A stretch of 64,000 bases of DNA from an uncultured Planctomycetaceae bacterium (GTDB taxonomy: Bacteria > Planctomycetota > Planctomycetia > Planctomycetales > Planctomycetaceae), in assembly GCA_963813715.1 (NCBI GenBank), contig CAWFAK010000017.1:32001-96000 (forward strand). Reading direction: 5' to 3'. The notes under the pieces are model-generated. The model was not told the origin of the DNA, did no database searches, and saw nothing but the letters and a program-made list of their open reading frames with translations. Shown in pieces: positions 1-8,252 of this stretch. The first letter of the stretch is position 1, and each line of letters begins with the position of its first letter. The position numbers and the translations under genes were made by a program.

Positions 1-75
1 CCGCCTCTATCGGCGATATCCCGCACATGACTCGCCGCTTTCCTATGCACCGACCAAACCTCGAACACCTCGACC

Positions 76-303
76 TTAACTGCCCAGTGCCCGGATGCGC
101 TCCGGTCGCCGGAACAAGTAGTACACAACGGCGCCCACGTACGGCACGAACACGTTGATGATCACCCAGATCAGCCGTTCGTTGCCGACCCGCGTCTCGT
201 GCAGCGCACAATCGACGATCATCCAGATCATAAAGGCCGTGAACGCCAGCCAGAAGATGCCGCTGATCACGCCCACGATGGAACTGACCAGGAATTCAAT
301 CAT
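76..303 (-). CDS. PLDc N-terminal domain-like small membrane protein
   Basis: Two hydrophobic segments with WMIVDC...E...RLIWVIINVFVPYVGAVVYY motif; start either 303 (MIEF) or 315 (overlapping the FHA gene stop). Confidence 0.7.
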   Translation of the reverse strand: MIEFLVSSIVGVISGIFWLAFTAFMIWMIVDCALHETRVGNERLIWVIINVFVPYVGAVVYYLFRRPERIRALGS

Positions 304-311
304 CGCCGTCC

Positions 312-971
312 TCACTTGCAGGCTTCCAGCCGAAAACCGAAATCGTTACCGCTGACATAGCTGCCGGGTTTCACCGGCCCGCCACTTTCCGACATCCATT
401 TGCCGTCGATTTCAATCTGGGACTGCGATTTGGCCCAGAACCCGTCTCCCTTGCGGAACAAGAGCACGGTCTCGCTCCAGTCCGGACACACGACGTGATT
501 GTCGGCCGTCGGCCCCAACAGGCAGGTCTCGTCCATCAGAATCACGCCGTCGATGCTGCGAGTCGGTCGATGGTCGCTGAGAAAGTCGATCACCGCCGTC
601 GCACTCAGCACTGAGGGAACGCGGAACCGCAGCCGCACTCCCGAACCCAGCTCCAGACGATAGTTGTTGTTTAAGTGAGTGCTTCCCTCGACCGCTCGAT
701 CGGCCACCTTGCAAGCGGCGTGGGCTTCCAACACATAACCCTCTTCGGAGCGTAGAAAGGTTGCATGCCTGCGAGACAAGTTGGCCAGCAGCACCAAGTC
801 CGCTGGCTGCTTGTCGCGAGTCGGTCCCCCGAGGGTGACCTCACCCGACGTAAAGAGCTGAAAGGCTCCCACTCCATCGACCCAGAGGAAGTAGCAGTCT
901 TTGGCAGCGGAACGTTCAACCGACGTCGGGCCATTCAAAGCGGAGTCGCTCCTGGAGAAACCGGTCATCAT
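312..971 (-). CDS. FHA domain-containing protein (two degenerate FHA-like domains)
   Basis: LWVDGVG...VTLGGP...LSRRHATF...GYVLE; second beta-rich repeat CLLGP...HVVCPDW...IEIDG. Start uncertain (968-989). Confidence 0.65.
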   Translation of the reverse strand: MMTGFSRSDSALNGPTSVERSAAKDCYFLWVDGVGAFQLFTSGEVTLGGPTRDKQPADLVLLANLSRRHATFLRSEEGYVLEAHAACKVADRAVEGSTHLNNNYRLELGSGVRLRFRVPSVLSATAVIDFLSDHRPTRSIDGVILMDETCLLGPTADNHVVCPDWSETVLLFRKGDGFWAKSQSQIEIDGKWMSESGGPVKPGSYVSGNDFGFRLEACK

Positions 972-1182
972 GGTCGTCTTCCGTCCCACTCAAGCCGGCT
1001 GCGGATTGTTCAGCAGTCGCCTGAGACCGTTTTCTCGCCGCTTCTCGCATCTTAACGCATCCGACGACAAAACGGTTCATTTGAGAAACGTTTGACCGAT
1101 CTGTCGTGCGGACCTGTCTTAGAAACAGCGGGCCGCGTTGCCTGTTTACCACGTCTCTCGGCACACCGCGTCCACGCCACTT

Positions 1183-1316
1183 GCCCCGGCGAGCGGCCAG
1201 CGTAAGCTGGCCGGTGCTTCGATCCCCGGCCGTTCCAGTTCCTTACAGCGGGTACCGGTTTTTGGGGCCTCAAAGCGTCCGGCCAGCTCACACCGGCCGC
1301 TCCTCGTTTCCGGGGC
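1183..1316. repeat. REPIN-like element: two inverted palindromic REP-like units
   Basis: GAGCGGCCAGCGTAAGCTGGCCGG (1191-1214) and CCGGCCAGCTCACACCGGCCGCTC (1279-1302) are inverted copies (21/24); outer GCCCCGG/CCGGGGC stem. Confidence 0.65.
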
Positions 1317-1383
1317 CGGTCCGCCCCGCCTGGGTCTTACGACTTCGGCGGAGCAGTCGCTCTTGCCAACAGGGGTCGGAGTG

Positions 1384-2227
1384 TTACTTCGACCGCTCGG
1401 CCGTCACGACCTGAGGAGCCGGCTTTACGTCGTCGGCCTTCTTGTCGGAGGCCGGCTTGAAGTAGGCGTCGATCTCAGCCGACACGTTGCCCATCTCGAC
1501 CGTCGGCTTCGTCTCCACGGGAATCAGACCGGTGCCGAACTTGCCGTTCGAGTCGAGCAGTTTCTCCTGCACGTCGAGCTGCTTGTTGACCTCGGAGATC
1601 AGCCGCTTGACGTTGGACAGCTCCGATTCGTCGATGGCCGGAGTGCTGACGGACTGCTCGAGCGCGAATGGTCTGCAGACGAGCTTCGAGCTGCTCGACC
1701 TCGGCCTCGAGATCTTTCTTCTGCGACAGCATCTGGTCGAGCTGCTTTTCATGCGCATAGAGTGCGACCGAGCGCGACTTCTGGATCTTCTGGTCACGAT
1801 CGAGCATGGCCTCCGCGGCCTTGTACCGCTCGAACCGCGTGCGGATGTCACGCCGCACGTCGTCCGCTGTGTAGTCGATGCTGGCGTAGCGGAAGGTCGA
1901 CTTCCCCGACTCCAGATCGTGCTTCAGCGTCATCAACTGCTCTTTGGCGGTCGACATGTCGGCGGACCGATCGTGAATCTGGTGGTTCATCTGCTCCAGA
2001 TCGACCTGCTGTTCGGCAATCACCTTCAACGTGTGCTGAATGGCCGGGTCGAGCTGCTTGACGGAAGTTCGGGCCCGCTCGATCTGGAACTCCAAGGGCA
2101 CTTCGCGTTTGACCGCCTCGCGTGTCGCCGACCAGGCAGTCTGGGCATAGTTGACGACGTCGCGGCCGAAGATCAAAGACCCGAGCAACGCCACCGATCC
2201 GCCACCAATCAAAAGCTTCTTCAACAT
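1384..2227 (-). CDS. PspA/IM30-like coiled-coil protein with N-terminal signal/TM segment (frameshift ~1665)
   Basis: ATG 2227 with AGGGGAG RBS; MLKKLLIGGGSVALLGSLIFGRD...VPLEFQIERAR, long heptad helix; continues in second frame ...IDESELSNVKRLISEVNKQLDVQEK...EIDAYF. Confidence 0.6.
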
Positions 2228-2636
2228 GACTGACTCCCCTCGCACGAGCGATCAGGACTTGGGAAAACCGTGAAAGCTCACGATGTAAGCTGCCGCGGGA
2301 GGAGCTAACTGCTTCCTCCTATGCGATGTTGTTCGCCGTGCGAAATCGAATCTTGAGGCGAATTCGACAGGACTTAGGGAAATTTCTGGCAATCTTTGGG
2401 CCGCAGTTGCCGAGGGGGCGGAATGCTATCAAGCGCAAGGGCCGATATGACTTGCGACGACAATCCCCGACGACAGATCGGTGTTCGCTGATGGGTCGCC
2501 CGCCCGTCTTCCTGCTCGCCGGACGCGCGAGCGTCGCTTCAACACTCTCGCCTCGTGCCGATGGAGTGAGCCACAGAGCGAGGAATTGCCGCGGCGGGGG
2601 GCTATTCGCTTTCTCGCTGCTGGCTGCGAGAGCGAA

Positions 2637-3653
2637 TCAGGCCTGCTTGTCCCGATCGCGGAGGCGAGCGCTCGCCCGGTTCAGTTGCCGGCGCTCGGCG
2701 TCGGAGAGCGAACTCATGCCTTGCTGGTGCACTTTTTCCAGAATGGCGTCGAGCTGTTGCTGTGCCTGTTCGACTTCCAGCTTCGCGCGCCGCTCTTTTT
2801 CAGCCCGACGTTTTTCCCGCCAGCCTTCAATCCAGCTTTTGCGACGCTGCGCGGCCGGCTGGTCTTGCCGTGCCGAACGTTCCAGGCTGGTGTAGCCCTG
2901 CGAGAAGTCGTACCCCATGAACGAATCGTCCAACGTGTCGGCCGTCCGCAGCTGCACCCACTCGAAGAACGTGTAGAAAAGCACCAGCGACCCGAAGAAC
3001 ACGACCCACGCGCTGTCGAACAAGAGGCCGGCCGCAATCGTCAGGCCGGAGACGACGAAGCTGATGCGAATCGCCGAATCGGCCGCCGACTCGATGTCGA
3101 CGCGGTGCTTCAGCACGGCCAGCGTCATGCGGATTCCGTCGAGCGGGAAGACGGGCAACAGGTTCACCAGCAGGAGAATCCAGTTGCACCAGAACCCGAC
3201 TTTGAGCACGTCGTTGACCCAGTAGTCTCCGAGCGCGTGCGACGGATCGACGGGAAAGATCAGCGGATTCAAGACGGCCGGGAAGGCACCGGTCCGCCAC
3301 AGGAATGCCGAAATCGACCCGCAAACGACGAGGTTGGCAAACGGACCGGCCGCCGGCGTGAAAAACTGCGAGCGAAACGTGGCCGCCGGCTGCACGAAGG
3401 CCAATCCGCCCAGCGGCCAGATCAAGACTTCGTTGCCGACGCCGCCGGTGAGCCGCACGGCGAACACGTGAGCCAGCTCGTGCACCAACAGCGACGCCAG
3501 GAAGATGGCCCCCATCACCAGCGACAGCCGGAAGCCGAACTTCGGCATCGCACAGAGGATCAGGAGCGGCACGAGCAGGCTGACGCGGACGCGCGTCATA
3601 AACCAATTGCCGCACGGGATCGACCAGAACAGAGGATTGTCGCGGCTGTCCAT
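2637..3653 (-). CDS. Site-2 protease (peptidase M50) with C-terminal DUF6576-like helical tail
   Basis: HELAH zinc motif, AAGPFAN, NLLPVFPLDG; tail LDAILEKVHQQGMSSLSDAERRQLNRAS. Confidence 0.9.
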   Translation of the reverse strand: MDSRDNPLFWSIPCGNWFMTRVRVSLLVPLLILCAMPKFGFRLSLVMGAIFLASLLVHELAHVFAVRLTGGVGNEVLIWPLGGLAFVQPAATFRSQFFTPAAGPFANLVVCGSISAFLWRTGAFPAVLNPLIFPVDPSHALGDYWVNDVLKVGFWCNWILLLVNLLPVFPLDGIRMTLAVLKHRVDIESAADSAIRISFVVSGLTIAAGLLFDSAWVVFFGSLVLFYTFFEWVQLRTADTLDDSFMGYDFSQGYTSLERSARQDQPAAQRRKSWIEGWREKRRAEKERRAKLEVEQAQQQLDAILEKVHQQGMSSLSDAERRQLNRASARLRDRDKQA

Positions 3654-3973
3654 AGGGCAGTGCACCCTCTCGCGTCGCCAAAGCTCAAGCAGGTCCGGGG
3701 AGCGGCGGCGGCACAAGCTCGCCCGCGAAATGCGGCCGCGAATTGCTCGCCAAAACGGCCGCCGATCGCGTCGGCAGCGTCATTTTAACACCGCCATTTC
3801 GGGGTGGCAATTGGCGTCTCGACGACTTGCCAACGTAGGCAATCGAAGCGGGAGGGATCTGTGAAAAGGTCGACCCGACCGATAAAATTGCGCCGGTCCT
3901 GCAAGTTCTTAAGTCTCGCCGGTTCTTGCGTCGCACTCGCTCGAGGGTCGACGCGAATCACCTCGGAAGGATT

Positions 3974-6670
3974 ATGGAACTCCCGTCTTGTCCTTCGTGC
4001 AAACAGTCGGTACTCGATGACGAGGCCGAACTCTGCCCCTTCTGCGGCGCCTCGCTGAAAAAGGGAGCTGCCGCAGCCGCCGCTCCGGCCGCTCGTCGCC
4101 CCGCTCCGCCCGCGGCTGCCAGTCGCCCGGCGGCTCCAGGTTCGGCCGGTCGACCGGAATCGCCCAAAGCCGCGTCTCCCAAGCCGTCTACTTCGCCGAG
4201 TCGACCCGCTCCGAGCAAATCGGCCAACCCGACGAGGTCGGCCGGTTCGCCACCAGCCAAAGCGTCGAGCGGCAAAGACATGTCGACAGCCGAGCAATCG
4301 GCCAGAAGCGCCGCGGAGGCCGCCCTCGAAGAATCGCTGAAGGTCGACTCGAGCGCCGGGCTCGACGTGCCCCAGGCCTCGCGGCAGCGATCGCAGACCA
4401 AGTCGTACAAAGTGCGCTGCCCGATGTGCGACACCGTCGGCTACGTGCCGCGCTCGTCCGCCGGCAAAGAGATTCGCTGCGCCAATCGCGACTGCATGGT
4501 GCCGGTCTTCGTCGCTCCGCGCCCGGAAAAGAAACAAGAAGATGAGAAGCCGGCAAAGAAGCCGCTGACCCCGGCCAAGATCATGATGGTCGTCGCCTGC
4601 CTGGCGATGATCGGCTTCGCGGGCTATTTTTTCTACATCAATCAGCCCGCGCCGCCGCCACAGCGGAAGGACGCGGAACTCCCACATCAGCAGATGACGC
4701 AGACGCCTTCCAAGGACCAGGAACCGAAGCCCGTCGCGCCGCCACCGGAAAAACCGCTGCTCGTGTCGGCGGAGCGTCAAGACGCGCTGGCACTGATGGC
4801 CCGGGCCTCCCAGGAGAAGAGTCACAACCGGAGCCGGCCCCTCTGCGAGCGTCTCACGGCTCACACCGCCGCGGACTGTGGCGACCTGGCGATGGCCAAC
4901 GACTTTCTCGGCCGATTGCAGCATGCGGAGAACGGCCTGAGCTTTTATCGTGTCACGCCGCTGACATCCATCGCCTGGCAACAGCTTAAGGCCGGCGACA
5001 GTATTAAGGCCGGCGATAGTGTTAAGGCCGGCGATAGTGCGACCGCCAAGAAAACTCTCGTCGACGCGGTGAGCGCCACGGCCGAGCTGCCGACCGTCGG
5101 CACGTTTTCGATAAAGTCGGCCGCGTGGCTGGCCGCCGCGCTAGCGACCGCGGGACGGGAAAAGGAAGCCCGCACACTGGCTAATAAGTTTCCCTGTAAA
5201 GATTCGGCGGGACGCCTGGCCGCCGCCGAAGCTCGAGCCACGGCGTGGAACGGCTACAACGTCGACACGAGCGACCAGGAGCGGCCGCTGATCGATGCGC
5301 AATCGGAGCAATTGCCACTCGTCGTGGAGCTGATGGTGGCGTCCGGATTCCCTACGGAGGCGTTGCACTTCGCTCAGTCCGCTCCTGAGCCGAGCTTGCA
5401 AACCGAGTGCGAGCTGGCGTGGGTCGAAGCGGTCGCACGTGCGAAGTTGGCCGGAGCGAGCAAGCCGCCGGCAACCGCGGACACGTCGCCCGATGCGGTG
5501 CTGGCCAAGCTAAAGCCCGCCGCCCAGGCGCGGTGCCACGCCCGTCTCGGTCTGCTCGATGTGAAAAAGAACGATCGCGCCGCGGCCGAGGCGCAGCTCA
5601 AGGCGGCCCAGACCGCGCTCGGATCGGCAAAGCCGGGCGCCGAATTTGTCCTGCCGCCGGTCAAGGAAATTTACGACCTGCAGCCGACCGACCCCGAGCC
5701 GGCCCGTCAGAACGCGCTTGCGTTTGCCGAAATTGCCCGCCTGCAGGCAGGGCTGGGGCAATTGACCGACGCCCATCACAATTTGGCGATGGCTCTCGAT
5801 TGCCTGCGTGCCTCCGCTCCCAGTCCGGCCGCCGTCGATGCGAGGCAAAAGCGGGACCAGCGCAATCGGTCGGGCCTGCGCTCGGATCTGAAAAGCGCCC
5901 TCAAGCTCCGCGATAATCAGGTCGACCCCGCATTCGGTCAGTACGGTCGCAATTTGCGAGACCAACTCGGGCACGCGGCCGACGCGCGTTTTGCACTTGA
6001 GGCCAACATCCTCGACACGGCGCTCTCCTGGGCCGATCCTTCCGAAATCTGGAATCTGATCGGCAACCGCGTGACGGCCGGCGATCCGGATCGTCGCGAG
6101 CCCTTCCTGCTCACGCCGCTGCCGTGGCAACTGACCGTCCGTCTCAAAAGCAAAGGAGTGAAGCCGGACGAGGGGGCCTATCTGGCGATCGGCAAGGTCG
6201 CCGGCGAAACGACCCCCAACGCCGTCGGCCGCCTCGACCTAATCATCGCGCAGGCCAACGATGCCGAGCCAGGCGAATTGGTCAACAACCTCAAAGCCAT
6301 CGAAGACGTCGAACGCTCCGATCGCGAACGCGCCGGCATGATCATCGCCGATCGACTGGTCGCGGCCGGCCAATTCCCGAAAGCCTTCCAATTCGCGCGA
6401 CTGCTCGATGACCCCGCGATGAAAGAGGAGACGATGGAGTGGAGCACGGCGCTCGCCTGCCGACAAGGCCAAGCCCGGCCCGTCAAACAGGTGCTCGGCG
6501 CGGCAAATTCCAGCTTCTCGCCGACAGAGCTCGTCTCATCCTGGCGAGGTTTTTTGATTGGCCTCTTGGCCCGCGAAGCCGCCGAACCGCCGCTGACGTC
6601 AGCCGCGCCACCGCCGGCAAAAGGCCCCGCGGCCGACGAGGCGAAAACGGCTAAGCCTGCAAAACTCTGA
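3974..6670 (+). CDS. Hypothetical bitopic membrane protein: two Zn-ribbons, Pro/Ala linker, TM helix, TPR-like helical region
   Basis: CPSC..CPFC, CPMC..CANRDC, TM IMMVVACLAMIGFAGYFFYI, long Ala/Leu-rich helical C-terminus; GGAAGG before ATG 3974. Confidence 0.7.
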   Translation: MELPSCPSCKQSVLDDEAELCPFCGASLKKGAAAAAAPAARRPAPPAAASRPAAPGSAGRPESPKAASPKPSTSPSRPAPSKSANPTRSAGSPPAKASSGKDMSTAEQSARSAAEAALEESLKVDSSAGLDVPQASRQRSQTKSYKVRCPMCDTVGYVPRSSAGKEIRCANRDCMVPVFVAPRPEKKQEDEKPAKKPLTPAKIMMVVACLAMIGFAGYFFYINQPAPPPQRKDAELPHQQMTQTPSKDQEPKPVAPPPEKPLLVSAERQDALALMARASQEKSHNRSRPLCERLTAHTAADCGDLAMANDFLGRLQHAENGLSFYRVTPLTSIAWQQLKAGDSIKAGDSVKAGDSATAKKTLVDAVSATAELPTVGTFSIKSAAWLAAALATAGREKEARTLANKFPCKDSAGRLAAAEARATAWNGYNVDTSDQERPLIDAQSEQLPLVVELMVASGFPTEALHFAQSAPEPSLQTECELAWVEAVARAKLAGASKPPATADTSPDAVLAKLKPAAQARCHARLGLLDVKKNDRAAAEAQLKAAQTALGSAKPGAEFVLPPVKEIYDLQPTDPEPARQNALAFAEIARLQAGLGQLTDAHHNLAMALDCLRASAPSPAAVDARQKRDQRNRSGLRSDLKSALKLRDNQVDPAFGQYGRNLRDQLGHAADARFALEANILDTALSWADPSEIWNLIGNRVTAGDPDRREPFLLTPLPWQLTVRLKSKGVKPDEGAYLAIGKVAGETTPNAVGRLDLIIAQANDAEPGELVNNLKAIEDVERSDRERAGMIIADRLVAAGQFPKAFQFARLLDDPAMKEETMEWSTALACRQGQARPVKQVLGAANSSFSPTELVSSWRGFLIGLLAREAAEPPLTSAAPPPAKGPAADEAKTAKPAKL
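4986..5039 (+). repeat. In-frame 18-bp tandem repeat x3 (KAGDS[I/V/A])
   Basis: TTAAGGCCGGCGACAGTA / TTAAGGCCGGCGATAGTG / TTAAGGCCGGCGATAGTG. Confidence 0.9.
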
Positions 6671-6746
6671 GACTACCTACGAATCAATGGCCGCGTGATT
6701 CGATTGACCGAGTGCAAGCGTCCCTGGCATGCCGAGGTGCAAACGA

Positions 6747-7763
6747 ATGCGTCAACTCTCAGTTTGCCGTCGTGTTCTGCTCGCTGTTTTTTTAGTGGCT
6801 GCGACCGAAGTGGGCTGGGCGGCCGATCCTCAGGCAACGACACGCGGCGCCACCGGTGTCGAGCTTGCGTCTCTCCTCCAAAAGATTCGCGCCGGACACG
6901 CGGCCTTACACTCGGGCGAATTTCTCGCCGCTGAAGTCATCGAACAGGAGACCGTGGAGGGCACACAAACTCGGGTGGTCAATGAACTGCGAGGTGTTTT
7001 CGACGGCGTGCCCGGTCGAACTCGGAGACGCCACGAGTTCCGACGCACGCGCAAGTCCCGTGGGCCGCTCGATCGGTGTCTCGTCGTGGAAACGGACAAA
7101 GCGACGGCCTTATGGACGAATAGCGGACCGATTTATCTTCTCCCGGATCGTCACGCCTTGTTGTGGGCCGAACAGTGCCCGATCGATCCTTTGGCTTTGG
7201 GATTCGTCGGGCCGATCTCCTCGGGGGTCAGCACCGACGGGCCGGAGATGTGGCCGTCGTTCGCGGAGTATGAGAAATTCCTCGCGGCACACCAGGCCAA
7301 GGGGCATGTGAGCGTGCCTCGCGAGCCGCCTGGCTACATTCTTTCGATCGAATTTCCGGTCCTGACGGCTCATGGTGAGCCACTCCAACCGGAACATGCC
7401 CAGGAAGGCGCCGTCCTCAAAATTGTGAGGCGGATTGCGATCGATTCGAGTTTGGGTTTCGTGCCGACAAAAAGCGCGACGTCGTTTCTCGACAAGCACG
7501 GAAAAGAAGTCGGCCGTCCCTGGACAATCGACGTTTCCTGGGAGAAGCGTGGCGATGTGGCGGTCCCCGTCGCGGTCCACACTTACCTGGAACACAAAAA
7601 TGTCGACGAAGAGCGGAGAACGATCACGTTCACCTGGAAGTCAGTGAATCAGCCGATCGCGGCCGATGAATTCGATTACAAGAAATTCCCCGCGCCAGCC
7701 GACACCGAGATCCTGGACCGGCGCCAACTCCCCGGGCGTGTGATTGGGGTGATCGGCCAGTGA
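6747..7763 (+). CDS. Hypothetical exported protein (possibly LolA-like beta fold)
   Basis: Signal peptide RRVLLAVFLVAATEVGWAA; C-terminal ITFTWKSVNQPIAADEF resembles LolA-like ends. Start may be 6729. Confidence 0.55.
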   Translation: MRQLSVCRRVLLAVFLVAATEVGWAADPQATTRGATGVELASLLQKIRAGHAALHSGEFLAAEVIEQETVEGTQTRVVNELRGVFDGVPGRTRRRHEFRRTRKSRGPLDRCLVVETDKATALWTNSGPIYLLPDRHALLWAEQCPIDPLALGFVGPISSGVSTDGPEMWPSFAEYEKFLAAHQAKGHVSVPREPPGYILSIEFPVLTAHGEPLQPEHAQEGAVLKIVRRIAIDSSLGFVPTKSATSFLDKHGKEVGRPWTIDVSWEKRGDVAVPVAVHTYLEHKNVDEERRTITFTWKSVNQPIAADEFDYKKFPAPADTEILDRRQLPGRVIGVIGQ

Positions 7764-7799
7764 GACTTCGGCGAGTTCGAATGTGATTGCGGATGCCGC

Positions 7800-8222
7800 A
7801 TGAAATCGCGCACCGAATACCTCACCTTCAATCTCCCCGAGCGGATGGCGTTCGAGAACATCACCGACCGCGTCGAGGCGATCGTCGAGAAGAGCGGCGT
7901 GCAGGAAGGGCTCGTGCTCGTCAACGCCATGCACATCACGGCGAGCGTCTTCATCAACGACAATGAGTCGGGCCTGCACGAGGATTACAAGAAGTGGCTC
8001 GAGCGGCTCGCCCCGTTCGACGCTTCGCCGAAAACCTACGCCCACAACCGCACCGGCGAGGACAACGCCGACGCGCACCTCAAGCGGCAAGTGATGGGCC
8101 GCGAAGTCGTCGTGGCGATCACCAAGGGGAAGCTCGACTTCGGCCCGTGGGAGCAAATCTTCTACGGCGAATTCGACGGCCGCCGCCCGAAGCGGGTGCT
8201 GGTGAAGGTGATTGGCGAGTGA
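7800..8222 (+). CDS. yjbQ: YjbQ/UPF0047 family (secondary thiamine-phosphate synthase) protein
   Basis: [43 protein letters not shown]. Confidence 0.92.
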   Translation: MKSRTEYLTFNLPERMAFENITDRVEAIVEKSGVQEGLVLVNAMHITASVFINDNESGLHEDYKKWLERLAPFDASPKTYAHNRTGEDNADAHLKRQVMGREVVVAITKGKLDFGPWEQIFYGEFDGRRPKRVLVKVIGE

Positions 8223-8252
8223 GGTCGTCTATCGGCTGACCGCGCCGCTCTT

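Noticed and set aside
916..1291. Small ORFs 916-1164 and 1052-1291 as genes
   Set aside because: They overlap the REP-like hairpin or FHA start and show no protein-like motifs.
1183..1316. 6S RNA or SRP RNA
   Set aside because: Rod-like, but lacks the SRP motif and a clear 6S central bubble; self-palindromic arms fit REP elements better. An Rfam scan would settle it.
2261..2320. c-di-GMP-I riboswitch-like GGGAAAAC..GAAA segment
   Set aside because: The GAAA is not closed by a matching stem, and the segment is antisense to the downstream gene.
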